Part shown: positions 23,405 to 36,066 of the stretch, in pieces
How positions within the stretch are numbered: position 1 is the stretch's first letter
How the letters are laid out: every line of letters starts with the position of its first letter
Assembly: GCA_949358305.1 (NCBI GenBank)
Contig: OX442314.1
Location: forward strand, 31,558,001 to 31,622,000
From: Strigamia acuminata
Lineage: Eukaryota
Length of the DNA: 64,000 nt
Direction of reading: 5' to 3'
Program-made: the position numbers and the translations under genes
The notes under the pieces: generated by a model
Databases searched by the model: none
Told to the model about the DNA's origin: nothing
The model's input: only the letters and a program-made list of their open reading frames with translations

Positions 23405-24483
23405 TCAAGTTTCTATAATTCTTCTCGGAGTTCTGCCTGAACTTTCTCCTCTTTCAATTGTTACATTAGGACTACTTTGTCCTCTATCATTATTAATCTC
23501 ATCTACTTCTTCCAATCGAGTATTATCCAAATCAACTTCTATACTTTGCTTTTTATTCTTCCTATTTCTTTTGTTTCTATTTCTATTTCTCAAGGTCTGA
23601 TATTTTCTGCTTCAAGCTTCTGCTTTTCGGCAAAAATCTCGTTCCGCTCTGCAGACTCTTCCGCTTTTCGTTTATCACTCAATTCCTGTTGCTCCGTTGC
23701 TAGGCGGAGTCTTTCGGCTTCCATTCTGTCTTTTTCGGCGGGAATTTCGTCGTCTGTTACCTTCTTGGCCAAATCTGCCTCGTATTTCGCTTGACGAGCT
23801 TGGCGTTCTTCTAATTTAAGTCGCTTCAACATTGCAAATTCTTCCGACTGGGCTAATTGCAGACGTTGGGCACGGTCGTTCATTGCTTCTGTGATCCGGG
23901 CGACATCATCGACGGAAAGTGTTACGCCTCCTGCATACTGGCGGTGTCGCTCTGTGAGGCTATCTTTAGCTTCTTGCATGATGTCGGCAATTTGCTGACG
24001 AGCTCTGGACAACTTATGTCGTGTCGGGGAATTTTCTCCGGAGGTTTCCGTCTCGTCTTGCGCTCTCTTGCCTGCTGCGGCTTGATAACCTCGCAATAAT
24101 CGTCCCCTCCTTTGAGCAACGGCGATAACTTCTTCTAAAGACAATTTTGTTAAATCAATCTTACTTTGCGGCGTGGATGGCACACTAGGCGGTGTGTTGT
24201 GGGCTGATGAGGTGGCTAGGGACACATTTCCCTTATTCTCTTCTAGCCAAAACTCTTGGCTGGTTATGCGTTGAGCATCCTGATCTGAGCTGGATGATGA
24301 TCGCGAACGTGGATTCGCCCTTCCACCGGATGCACCACCGGCCGTGCCTCCTCTGGTCCGAACTCCGCGTCCTGCTCCTCTTCCTCTCTTCTGTTCTTCG
24401 TGTAACGCGGACCGGGAACGCAGTCCCGGTCCAGTACCGGGACCGCGTTTTTGCGTTACATCTCGCGGTCCACGAGAAAACAC
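23405..24483 (-). CDS. Hypothetical RG-rich and coiled-coil protein (Gag N-terminus-like or accessory ORF), frameshifted near 23590
   Basis: 297-codon ORF with RGRG repeats followed by an E/K/R coiled coil; continues in another frame. Confidence 0.4.
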
Positions 24484-26022
24484 GAGATCTCGTGTTTTCT
24501 TGTAAGCGGTCCGGGACCGAGACCGCGCACAACACTGCGGGTGACCACACGTGTGAATTTACCGGAAAAAAAATACACTAACCATTTCCTTGCCCAAATA
24601 CCTTTTCTCTACAAGATAATGGGCAATTAGTTGTTGTTCTTCAACCGACCACACATGGATCGGTTGACGAGTTCGTTTTCTTGGTGATGACAAACTCGTA
24701 GCCAGCATAGAGTAAAGAAACTCTTTAATCGGACAGATCAAGAACAAAATGGCTGTCACTACAGCTGTGTTAAATGCGCAATGTGCATGCGCACGCACCT
24801 GTAAGTGACTTCTAAAGTTGTGTTACGGTGATGAAAAAAAAATTTCAAAAAAAAATGTTCAAAAAAATAAAATAAAATAAAATAATAAAATAAAAAATTA
24901 TTACGGTAATATGACAAGATAAAAAAAGGAAAAGTATACTGCATATGTTTTTGTCTTCTATGAAAACTTCGCCATCATTATAACACTCGTTTACGGTTAC
25001 GTTTTTAATACAGTCATAGTCGCCATATTCAGGTTTCTCTTCCTCGTTTGCTACCACTGGACAGTCGCCATATTCATCTTTCTCTTTCTCGTTTGCTGTT
25101 TCGTTTGCTTTCAAATCGCGTTTGTGTAGTTTGTATAGAATTTTTAAGGAAATAAAAGAAAAAAATACCTTCTAATTTTAGTGCTATTGATTCGATTGCA
25201 ATCTATTATCAACTTTAAAGGATTTTTAACTGATGCAAGCGTGCGACTAACCAGGGATATTCAACTCTGCAGAGTGGGTGGCATGAGCAACTACTAGGTA
25301 GCAGAAAACTGAACAAAATAAAAATATAAAAATTAATTGAAAAATTTTTACGTGTTATTTCTAGCATTTGTAAGTTTTCTCCTGTTTCCAGTTCACTTGC
25401 GAGAGAGATAGGCGTGCATCAGCGAGATGGCCGCCATAGCACAAGTGAACTGGAAGGCAAAGATAACCTGAAATTAATCACTAATGTTATTTTGGTGCTT
25501 GTTTCACATGTATTTCGATTTGTACTGACCTGTGCTGGTGTTTTGAGTTATCTGTAGGTGATCTTGGACGCTGGGTGGACGTTTTGCAACTTGATTGTGT
25601 TGACCTCATCTTATATGAAATTTTATTTCTCTCTCCTTGCAGGAAGCATTTCCTGTTGGGAACAGCTGATGGGCTGGTTGCCCTGGCAACCACCCACATG
25701 TTACTTTGAGCTACTTGAATTCCTTGTCTAGCATAAAATAAACACAAAAAATTTAAAACTCGAAATAATATTTTTCAGAGATATTTCTGATTCTTCTAGT
25801 GACCACTAGCGTCACTACAAGTTTACAACGCTTAGAATGTTCACTCGTTGCACAAACTCTTGAAAATCAATGACATTAATGAATAAGTAAATAATAAATT
25901 AGTAAATACTAATTATGAAATAATAACAAAATGTCCTAATTAAAATGAAAATACTTGTAATAAAATAACGTGAACGGTCTTTTAAGAGTCAACAATGCAC
26001 AAACAAAATTATCGTACCACTC

Positions 26023-26733
26023 TTAGTCAGATCGGGAATACGTCAAACTGCTCAAACCTCTGTTCTCCGCGTTCTGGGGAATTCGGGGCCGTGACGAAGT
26101 CGTCGGCAGCGCAATGCTGATTAGAACTTTGTAAGACAAATCTACTGGGGTCTCGGTCATCTGATCTGAAGTGGAGGACTTTGGAGATAGCTTAAATGCG
26201 TCGGTCTGGTCGCACAGGCCGGGTAAGGTTGAAGAGAAATCTTCTACTTGGAAAATATTGAACGGACGGTCGTGCTTTTTGCCAGCGAACGGGGGGCTAT
26301 CCTCTTTCTTCTTGAAACTGATTAAATGATAACACATATCGCTGGGGATCTATGGTAAGCGCTTGGGATGTGTTGCATCCATACTCGCGTCATTGTACGG
26401 TGGAGGATAAACACCCGCTCCCAGGAGGCGTCCCACACGTCGCAGCGTAAGTGGTAGGCCGGGTGAATGGTTTCTGCCCCCAAAATTAGTGCCTGACTTC
26501 GCCTTAACTGATTAATCAGTTTGACATACCCGTCATAGCGGTGAGCTACGTTAAAAATCGCGCGGCCTAAATTGTACATGTATTCGCTAACAATGGGGAT
26601 TAACTTGCGTGCGCGACCTAGCATCTCGTCTGGGGTTAACTCATGCGCATCAGTAAAAGTTGGGAGCACAAACTCGTCGGGGACAGCAATGGGTTCTTGG
26701 GGAGCGACTAATTTTTTTACTTGGACCAGCCAT
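26023..26733 (-). pseudogene. Degenerate ORF resembling the central domain of element 1 ORF2
   Basis: LRRSQALIL...R.DVW...VWMQHIPSAY versus IRQRMWIIL...RIRWF...AWYLHLPSPF with near-identical spacing. Confidence 0.45.
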
Positions 26734-26919
26734 TACGCGCCTAGAAGACAAACAAAGCAAATTCCTCATTCCTATGTGAAAAAGAAGGGGAGAAAGTGTA
26801 GCAAGGCCACGCATGCGCTGGAGGCCTTGCAAGGTCATGCGGTGTTGACAAACGGAGGGAGAAATAAAAGATCACAACAACCACTTAAGAGTTGGCTGAC
26901 ATCTGGCGGGTCGTAGAGC

Positions 26920-28170
26920 TTGTGTTCATTTTCTGGATGTTAATCTATGCACAGTCTTGGATCGGACCCTGGTCTCATAACTAGTACTATTCTCATGCCA
27001 TAATCTCCCTCAGCCGGCAATACATATCCTTTATCCTTCATCTCAGTGCATAGCTGGCGTAATATCTCTTTTCTGGGGATTCCCACTCCGAAAAGGCACT
27101 CTTCTTGGTTTTTCTATTGTTAGGTCAATTGAGTGTTGTAATACATGGGTACGTCCCGATACTTTAGTCATGTCTCTTCAGTGTACCATGATGCCGTGTG
27201 ACCACTTAAAAGATATTCTGATAGCACCATGTGGCTGGACTTTTTGTCAGCCATGTTCATGGCTATATTTGGTCCCACTTTTGTAATTAGATCGTCTATT
27301 TCCAATGCTTGGACTAGGGCAATGAGATGCAACTACTGTTCACTCCTGAGTTCAATGTAGCTATTACATTTCCTGTTTCCATAAGAATTTCCATTGTGAT
27401 CATTCCACCCAAAACGTTGTCTTCCGGGATTATAACTTTAAAGTTTCTTGTTCTCGACTGCTCTTTCGGGTCAAGAGTGGTCAATGCAGCAATTAACTCG
27501 TCTTTCAGGATCAGGTTAGCTTCCATTATATGAGCTGCTATTGTCGGTGTAAAACACTCCTGCTTTGTTTCCTCGTTGCATTTAATCTTTTTCAAAGCTT
27601 TAGTTACTTCTTTAAATTATGATTTGTCACTTTGGATGGGTTCCACTACTGCTTTAAAGGGTGTTAACTGGCATGGCGAGAATTGCAGACCTATCACTTG
27701 GCTGTTTAAAATTTCCACGATCATTTCCGATTTATGTATTAGCGCAAGTTCTTTTGACCGGCTAGAACTTGCGCTTACAAGTTTTTTGGATACCTTTTGC
27801 TGAGTGCTGAGTGCCTTTTCCAAATCCTCTTTTGACAGTTGCTTTCTTGGTGAAGTACATTGTCTTGCCCAGTGCCCAATTTTACTGCAGGGGGAATTAT
27901 CTAGAGTCAACTAAACGTGAGTTGAGGTTTCAGTTGTGTCTGCTTCCTTTTCAGAGGAAGATAGTGCTGATTGTAAAACTTTTTCCAAAGTTTCAGCTTT
28001 ATCTGGAGGCACTGTACTCGCATTCTCACTTGAGTTTGACTTAATGTCAGTTAACTTAATATCTTTTACTGCAGGCTGTGAAGATGTGACTGCTTGCGGT
28101 TGCAGCGGTGGTTTGTATTTTGTGGTTGTGGTTTCAAGACAGATAACGCTTTATTCTCATTCCTCCTACT
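26920..28170 (-). mobile_element. Degenerate gypsy gag-protease-RT fragment
   Basis: Knuckle-like PCSKIGHWARQC, protease-like VIATLNSG, LRQLCTEMKDKGYI, and RLCID near 26955-26941. Multiple stops. Confidence 0.65.
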
Positions 28171-28196
28171 AGTACTTCTGGTATTAATTCTTATTG

Positions 28197-28733
28197 TTAA
28201 AGGTGTTGGTTCTCTTTCTGTGGTTGCTGCTGCTGTTCCTCATATTGTTCCTGGGGTTGCTGTTCGTGTTGATGATGGTTTTCAAGAAGTGGCGGTGGAT
28301 GATTCGGAGGTGCAAGCTCCTCCATGAGCTCTTCTTGCGCATTCATCACCAGTTGTAGGTCGTCCTCCATGTGTTGTATACGATTTTGGATGATGTGGAG
28401 TTGCTCATCATGAGCAATTTCCATTTTTCTAATGGTGTTTTGAGCATCTTGTAGTTGCTGCTGCTGTAATACATATTGCGTTTGCATATATGTAAATAAA
28501 TATACAATCTCATTCTGTGATGGAGCTCGGTTTTCCCACTGTTCAGGCACGGGTGCATGTTGGTTCGGGACATGTACAGGTTGGTTTGGGACATCTGGTG
28601 GTGGATGATTACCTCCTAAACCCATTATCTCATTCCATCTCCATTCCATCTCTGAAATATATTTTGTGGATGACCTCTCTACCATCTTTGCATGTGCTGT
28701 GAGAATGTTCTCTTTTATACATTTTCCCATCAC
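28197..28733 (-). pseudogene. Q/E-rich coiled-coil ORF, distant member of the paralog family at 40, 41 and 46 kb
   Basis: H.K.M..R....Y..EM and W...APSQNEIVYLFTYM resemble HSKENMANRATEMFFDEM and WM..QPSD.EIQFVYGHV in the other copies. Confidence 0.5.
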
Positions 28734-29012
28734 AAACCTATTCCTTTTCTTTCAAATGTAGCATTTGCTTTATTTTTGGGTGATATATATTCCTTTATGA
28801 CAATGGATCTAACGTTTTTTTTTAAACAAAGTTAATAAAAATAATAAAATAATAGTACTTATAATAATAATAATAATCAGCTACTAATTAGGACTGATTA
28901 ACTCTTTAAAAACATTAAAACTTTTAATTGAAATAGAGATGCTAAAAAAATCACATTTTTGAGATCTTGATAAACACAAAATTTCTATTTTTTTTAATGG
29001 GCATACGACTAT

Positions 29013-29095
29013 TGTGTTAATACGTCTTTGCTTTTCAAGCAAGCAGGCACAATTTATTGTTAGTTTTTGTATTGGAATAAAGCTAGCGATGTCAT
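29013..29095 (+). repeat. 83-bp direct repeat, left copy flanking the Copia insert
   Basis: Matches 32704-32786 with 3 mismatches. Confidence 0.9.
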
Positions 29096-29564
29096 TGCTG
29101 AAAAAAGGCCCGAGAACAGACGACAACGACGCGTCATAGACATTTTGTCGATATTCGATAACGGGATTTACTGGCGAGGTGAACTGGACCGTATTGGGAA
29201 TACAGTGGCAATTCACGACGCCATCCACAGTGAGTCGGAAAACCGAATTTTAAACGAAAGTTGCGAGAATAGACCCAAGTCTGACAGTGAACGTCCTGAA
29301 GCGACTCGTCGACGCATTGGCAACGAATTGTGGACGTTATATCGACGTACGGTCGACGCAACTAAGACGTATCGACGCAACAGGTACAAGAACGAGTTTC
29401 TTGCCGGAAAATCGACCGAAAAAGCCCAAAAGGACTTAAGAACGAGCCGGAAACGTTTTACGACGCAATATAGGCGTAATACGAACGGGTTAGCGACGTA
29501 ACACGTACGTACACGGTATTTATCGATTATTCCTGAGTTTTAAGCAAGAGACCTGCTGTTCCCA

Positions 29565-31844
29565 ATGGTCGAATCAGTTTCGTCAATCACGCCGTCGTCA
29601 ACGACAGCTTTTAGGATTGAAAAGTTGGATGGGTCCAATTACGCAACATGGGCATTCAACACAAAGTTAGTCCTAGATGAGAAGCAACTTTTTGGAGTAG
29701 TTGATGACAGCGATAAAGAGAAGGATGAAACGAAATTAGCTGAAAAGAAAAGCAAAGCGTTTGCAATAATTGGGCTGACCATAAAGGCACAGCAACAGCA
29801 ACATATCCGTGGTTTGAAGACACCCAAGGAAGCTTGGGACACTTTGAAAAGCATTTATGAACCGACAAACCCGTTGAGGATTGTACAGCTAAAGAAAGAA
29901 CTGTACACAACGGTGAAAAAGCCGGACATGACAATGGATAATTATTTGTCTCGATTGTCAGATTGCGCAGCGAGATTGACCAATGCGGGACAAGATGTAA
30001 CGGATACGGAGCTCGCATTGGCGTTACTATGTGGCCTTGGTGACGAACACGAGGCACTTATCATGTCGATGCATTCAATCTCGAAGACGGATTTTACAAC
30101 TAAACGTGTAAAAGAAATGTTATTGTCGGAATCCACCCGCAGATCGTCAAAGAATGCGACAAGGGCAGAAAACACAGTGCTTTCAGCACAGAAGCAAAAG
30201 CAGTTGACCAAAGGAGTCAAGTGCTACAACTGCGGCAAGTTTGGTCATTTCGCCCCGGACTGCAGCAAACCAAAAAGGGAAAAGCAGCCCAATGACAAAA
30301 AGGAATCAACAATTCCGAAAAAGCGGATGATGTCTGCTGGTTTGATCGCAACAGGAGCGACGGGGACCTGGATGATCGATTCCGGCGCAACCCACCACAT
30401 GTCCGGATACAAGGATAAATTCCTATCACTAAAGCCGACAAAGACGGACAAGACCACTATAGCGACCGGAAGAATCGTCGAGTCTAAGGCAAAAGGAGAC
30501 ATCGACTTGGTCTTCGAGCACGGGAAGAAGCAAACCCCAACCATTCTTGGGGACGTACTGTATATACCGGACATTGCGATGAATTTGTTATCGGTTTCCC
30601 AATTGGAGGAAAAAGGATACGCAATTATATTCAGTAGAGGGATTTGCAGAATTCTCGATGACAAAAATGTAGAAGTTTTGAGAGCCACGAAGAAAGGTGG
30701 CATGTATCCAATACACGAAGTAGGCAATTATGGTTTGGCATCTTCGAGTGACCAAGAGAGCCAAGAGCTTTGGCATCGTCGCTTTATGCATGTATCCGTC
30801 TCAAGTCTCGAGAAGATGGCCAAGGGCGATTTAGTCAACGGACTACGACTGAATGGGACGTCATCACAAAAATGTGACAGCTGTCTACAGGGGAAGTTGA
30901 CTCGCCAGCCATTCAAGAAGTCAAAGACGACTTTAGCAAATGGACTACTTGATTTGGTACATTCGGACATCGCCGGACCTTTTTCGACAGAAAGCAAAGG
31001 AGGAAAGCGTTTTTATATCACGTTTATCGACGACATGTCACGAAAGGTGGAGGTTTACTTCATGCGGCACAAATCCGAAGCTTTGGACAAATTCAAAGAA
31101 TATTTGGCCAGAAATGAAAATGCCACTGAAAGGAAGATAAAAACTCTAAGGACCGATAATGGACTGGAGTACTGCAATAAAGAATTTGAAGAATTCTTGA
31201 CCAGTAAAGGGATTTTACACCAACGGACCACGATTTTTACGCCTCAGCAAAATGGCGTCGCGGAGCGAATGAACCGGACCTTAATGGACCTTGTACGTTC
31301 TTGCTTAATTGATGCAAAGTTAAGCGGAAGTTTCTGGGCCGAGGCGTTTTACACAGCGGCTTACGTACGCAATCGAACGGTGACGAAGGCAACGGGAAAA
31401 ACACCATATGAGGTTTGGCACGGACGAAAACCTACGATTGGCTATTTCCGTGCATTTGGCTGCAAAGCAGTCGTCCACATCCCTTCCCAGAAAAGGAAGA
31501 AGTTGGACAAGCGAGGTGTCAAATGCATTTTTCTTGGTTACACTTCCGGTGAGAAGTCATATCGTTTTTGGTGCCCCGAGAGGCAAACCGTCATCACGTC
31601 ACGGGATGCTGTCTTCAACGAAGACGAATTAGGAGCCAGGAATGGTAAAGCTGACGACAATCCAGAAAGCGACGTGCTGACTTTATTTTTGGACGGAGAA
31701 AAGCCAAAAGATGAAGTGGACATAACACAACCGGAACCGGACCCTGAACCACCGCCGCTTCCCGCAAACAAGAAGCGTGGACGTCCAACAAAGGACACAG
31801 CGGTCAAACAAAGAAGACAGTCAGAAAGATCAAGAAGAAATTAA
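29565..31844 (+). CDS. gag-pol: Copia Gag-protease-integrase polyprotein, truncated by deletion
   Basis: LDGSNYATW, CYNCGKFGHFAPDC knuckle, WMIDSGATHHM, WHRRFMH...CDSC, HSDIAGP / RTDNGLEY / QQNGVAERMN integrase core. Confidence 0.92.
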   Translation: MVESVSSITPSSTTAFRIEKLDGSNYATWAFNTKLVLDEKQLFGVVDDSDKEKDETKLAEKKSKAFAIIGLTIKAQQQQHIRGLKTPKEAWDTLKSIYEPTNPLRIVQLKKELYTTVKKPDMTMDNYLSRLSDCAARLTNAGQDVTDTELALALLCGLGDEHEALIMSMHSISKTDFTTKRVKEMLLSESTRRSSKNATRAENTVLSAQKQKQLTKGVKCYNCGKFGHFAPDCSKPKREKQPNDKKESTIPKKRMMSAGLIATGATGTWMIDSGATHHMSGYKDKFLSLKPTKTDKTTIATGRIVESKAKGDIDLVFEHGKKQTPTILGDVLYIPDIAMNLLSVSQLEEKGYAIIFSRGICRILDDKNVEVLRATKKGGMYPIHEVGNYGLASSSDQESQELWHRRFMHVSVSSLEKMAKGDLVNGLRLNGTSSQKCDSCLQGKLTRQPFKKSKTTLANGLLDLVHSDIAGPFSTESKGGKRFYITFIDDMSRKVEVYFMRHKSEALDKFKEYLARNENATERKIKTLRTDNGLEYCNKEFEEFLTSKGILHQRTTIFTPQQNGVAERMNRTLMDLVRSCLIDAKLSGSFWAEAFYTAAYVRNRTVTKATGKTPYEVWHGRKPTIGYFRAFGCKAVVHIPSQKRKKLDKRGVKCIFLGYTSGEKSYRFWCPERQTVITSRDAVFNEDELGARNGKADDNPESDVLTLFLDGEKPKDEVDITQPEPDPEPPPLPANKKRGRPTKDTAVKQRRQSERSRRN

Positions 31845-32703
31845 GATCATGTTTTGACATTAAAGAATTGGGAGAATTGCGCTACATGTTGGGGATTGAA
31901 TTTGGCAAGAGTTCAACCGGAGGACATTTCATGACGCAAGAAAAATATATTGCAAAAGTTCTCAAGAAATTTGGACAGGACGAGGCAAAACCTATCTCAA
32001 CCCCGATGGAAGCTAACCGCAAAGAAGACGAGATGGAAGCAAAGAGCCCAGATGCAACTGGTCGACCATACAGGGAATTAATAGGGTGCTTATCCTATAT
32101 AGCAAACTGCACCAGACCGGACATTACGTTCGCCGTGAACTCCCTAGCCAAATATAAGCTGAAGATCACACACTGGAACAAGGCCAAGCGTATCCTGAAA
32201 TACCTAGCTGGAACGGCGAAGTACGGGTTACACTACGAGAGGCAAGATGGCATACTGCAAGCTTATGCTGATGCAGACTGGGCCAACTGTAAGGAGACCC
32301 GGAAGTCCTGTTCGGGAACATTGTTGAAAGTGGGCAACAATGTGATCAACTGGCAGAGCAAGAGGCAGACCGTAGTAGCCACATCTACAATGGAAGCGGA
32401 ATATGTCGCCATGGCAAACTGCGCCAAGGACGTGGTTTGGGTTCGCCGCCTGCTCGAGGAAATCGAAATGGGACAATTTGTTGGAAAAGACCCCACAACA
32501 CTCTTCTACGACAACCAACCGGCGAGGGCATTCGCCGAGAACAACGTTGAGAAGAGGAGGACCAAGCATATAGATATCCAGTTTCATTACGTGCGAGACC
32601 AGATTAAAAAGAAGACCATGAAACTGGAGTATGTGTCAACAGAAGAAAATGAGGCGGACATTTTCACCAAACCGCTTCAGCGAATCAAGTTTGACAAGTT
32701 TCG
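31840..32703 (+). pseudogene. pol: Copia RT C-terminus and RNase H
   Basis: FDIKELGELRYMLGIEF, YRELIGCL.Y...TRPDI, AYADADWA, STMEAEY, TKHIDIQFHYVRD, ADIFTKPL. The YVDD region is missing. Confidence 0.9.
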
Positions 32704-32786
32704 TGTGTTAATACGTCCTTGCTTTTCAAGCAAACAGGCACAATTTATTGTTAGTTTTTGTATTGGAATAAAGCTAGCCATGTCAT
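32704..32786 (+). repeat. 83-bp direct repeat, right copy flanking the Copia insert
   Basis: Matches 29013-29095. Confidence 0.9.
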
Positions 32787-33060
32787 GATCATGACAGACT
32801 GCACTGTAAATTTCAATAGGTCTGCCATATTTTCTTGTATACCGAATTGGTAATGTTCGAAACCAATTAACCTTTGCAATTACATGTGTTTTTAATGTAC
32901 TATCCAAGCGCAGATGATGAATGCATATTCCAATTATTTTTCCTGGTGTTAATTCTTCACTACTGCTGATGCTAGATGTGTTTTCGCCACACCATGATGC
33001 AAGAATGTATGACGAACTATTTGTTCCTGTTTTGTAACAGCCAAAATAATAGTTGTTAAT
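32704..33060 (-). mobile_element. CACTA/EnSpm-like transposase C-terminal fragment (target of the Copia insert; continues at 29095-28960)
   Basis: AKVNWF...YGRPIEIY...ASFIPIQKL...CA then, on the other side, INTIVVCPL. Resembles the C-terminus of animal CACTA transposases as I recall it. Confidence 0.5.
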
Positions 33061-33079
33061 TTCAATTCTTTTGCGTTTC

Positions 33080-35900
33080 TCAGCATTTAGAAATTTTCTT
33101 TGACAGTTTTTTGATAAAGAATGGGGTGTTACAAATTGGATCTGGAGGCCTATTCGATCGATTGATTACCATTTTTGTATTGGTCAGCATCTTTGTAGTG
33201 AAAGTACTGATGTTCTCAGCAGAACTCGGGTTGCTTTCAACACATTGATCAGCTGATTTTGTGGATTTTAAATCACTGCAGCCTTTTTTACCTGCATTAG
33301 CCAAATTACTTGTCATCATTTTTGTAATGTTTCTTGACTTTTCTGTTTGGTAATGAGATACAAATTTTTCTAACTCATTCTTCTTGACTGACACAGCAAC
33401 TGAATGACTACACAACTGATTAGTTTTGTAACTATCACAAGTGCAAGAAAAATTTCCTGATTTCCTCTCATTCACAACGTTTGGTCTATCACTGTTTGTA
33501 CTCTTCACATAAAACGAACCAATGCTTAAACCCTCAACTAAACTGTTACTATTTAAAATTTGCTCAGCTTTCTTTTTGATGAAATATATTTCTTTATATT
33601 TCTTTAGGTTTTAATTTATCCATGTCAATTATTTGAAAACTGCTTTTTGATTTATTTCCACTGACAACTACATTCAATTGCTGCGATTTAATGAGAGCTT
33701 TTTGAAATCTAGCTACAATTTTTTGTCGTTCCTGCAGAGTTAAATTGGCAAATTCCGCCTTTGTTTTCAAATGAGCAAATTCAGGAGCTACAGTATAAGG
33801 CCCGGCCATGTTTAAAACTGCTTTCTGCAAATCATAATCTTGACTTTTAACCAAATCAAACATGTCATCAATAAATGAGTCCATTTTGGTTGTTTTTTGG
33901 TTTTGTCAAATCTTAATGACATTATTCAGGCATGATTATTAACAAATGGCTTATCTTCTAAGTTATGTTGTAACATCACACCAGATGATGTTATTTCTCC
34001 AAGATCATTCAGTTTGTTAGAGTAAAAGTAATTAAAAAACTGCTGCAATTTGTTTTCTTTTACATAAGTACTGTGCCATTTTGCTTCTCTTACATCCATT
34101 TCACTGAAAAAAACCTCTGCTGATTCTTTATATAACAAACCACTTTCCTTATTAAAAATGTAATCAATAATTCCTTTGATTGAGTCAAAAGAAAATTCAA
34201 ATTCTCTTAATTATTCTTTGATATTCTTTCTCGCATTGCGCAAAGAAGACCTACAGCATCTGGAAAAACACTAACCAATGCATTTTTTAATGCTGTTTCA
34301 TTGTCTGAGCCATAGGCGAATAGTTTTCTCAGTTTAGGTTGTTAGTCTTAGTAATGTTTGAAAGAAATATTGATAATCATCTTCCAGTTTTGTCATACAC
34401 AGCATCATTGGTCCCAAAAATATTGGGAAATATTCTTTTTGTTTAACTTGCAATTTTTTTATTTTTGAATGTTGTAACGAGGAAAAAAATTGCCAAGTTA
34501 TAAAAGTTACATCAAACCCAATAATAGATACAAATTTGGGATTGTTGTCACACAAAAGTCACTAACTTGATTTAACATATCATCAGTAAACAGTATTACA
34601 CGAGGTGAAACCTCAGTAAATGATGCTTCACGGATAAAACATTGCAATCTACCCTTCATAAGTTGAATAATTTCGCTTAATGGATCCCTACTTGGCTTAT
34701 TGAATTTATTCTTTTCGTATGACGCTTGTCTTTGATTTCTAGGTATCTTTGCAGCAGATACATTCAATCCACCTACATCTTTTGCAACTGTAAAGTGATT
34801 TCTTTTCACACACCCATGTGTAGAGCTTAGTTGTCTTTTGGTTGAATCGCAGTTGCGATAAAATGGCACAGCCTTGTCTTTTCTATTGCCATGACCTTGG
34901 ACCTTAATGGGTACATCTCCATCCTTCAAATAATAATAACGCACAAAAACTAAATTGAATGCTTCACCCTTAATAGTAACTGTCACAATTGTTTTTCTAA
35001 AACTCGACTCTGATAAATTCCTGTATGAAATAATTTGATAACATGCATATTTATTATGATTATTACGATCTCTATAAAACAAAAAAACATTAATCAATTC
35101 AAATCATTTTAAAAAAATCAACAAAATCGATTTAAATTAGCTAAAAATAATCAAAATCTATTTAAATTAGCTAAAAATCACTAATAATCGATTTACCGGT
35201 AAATTCATTAAAAATCAGTGTTTTTCAATAATATGGTGCTTTTATTTTTTATACATGCCTGCAATTCATGATCCTGGTTTTCTAGTTCCATTTCAATCCT
35301 GTCATTTGTCTGTTCCATTTCAATCCTGTCATTTGTCTGTTCCATTTCAATCTTGTCATTTGTCTGTTCCATTTCAATCCTGTCATTTGTCTGTTCCATT
35401 TCAATCCTGTCATTTGTCTGTCCATTTCAATCCTGTCATTTGTCTGTCCATTTCAATCCTGTCATTTGCCTGTTCCATTTCAATCCTGTCATTTGTCTGT
35501 TCCATTTCAATCCTGTCATTTGTCTGTTCCATTTCAATCCTGTCATTTTTCTGTTCCATTTTGAGATCATCATGTTCCAGTTTGATTTGTCTCGTATCAT
35601 GAAATGACTCATGAAACTCATCCTATAATAGAGCACATGGTAAACACACGATATGGCGTATTTTTTTTACAATTATTACTTACATCACTGGACTCCAAAG
35701 TCAAGTCAATGAATTCAGCCTACAAATTAACATTAACAATTAGAATTACCAGTTTTCAGTATATTCCTATTTATTGAGAAAGAAAAACTCTACCCTTTAC
35801 CAGTATTTATGCGACATCCTGTTACCATCCAAACAGAGATATTTTTCCCTGGTTGATTGAGCAACTCCTCCTGGTTTTGTAAAACCAAAAAGCAGGAATG
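33080..35900 (-). mobile_element. Degenerate MULE-like (Mutator superfamily) transposase gene with SWIM zinc finger
   Basis: HGN motif, PRNQRQ, GFDVTF, FLGPMML, GSDNETAL-like motif, FSCTCDSYKTNQLCSHSVA (SWIM). Frameshifts and introns. Confidence 0.75.
35284..35560 (-). repeat. 27-bp tandem repeat (~10 copies) encoding EMEQTNDRI
   Basis: gttccatttcaatcctgtcatttgtct repeated; two units are 26 bp and shift the frame. Confidence 0.9.
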
Positions 35901-36066
35901 ATTTATGTTATAAAAACGAATTAGTTATACTGTATTAGTGGGAAAAATAATTCACAATCAATGTTGTCATCTATATAAATGTCTTAAATAATGTCAAATT
36001 ACTACAAATTTTAAAGAAAAGTGAAAGTTTTTATTTTTAAATAAATACATTTCATTGCACTTGGGT

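Larger units (their letters stand above)
29096..32703 (+). mobile_element. Ty1/Copia internal region without LTRs, RT largely deleted
   Basis: 5' UTR, gag-PR-IN ORF, deletion junction near 31835, RT C-terminus/RNase H. Ends at FDKFR with no PPT. Confidence 0.9.

Noticed and set aside
29013..29094. 82-bp TG..CA repeat with AATAAA as the Copia LTR
   Set aside because: No PPT before the right copy, no short TSD outside, and the repeat is in frame with flanking transposase-like sequence on both sides.
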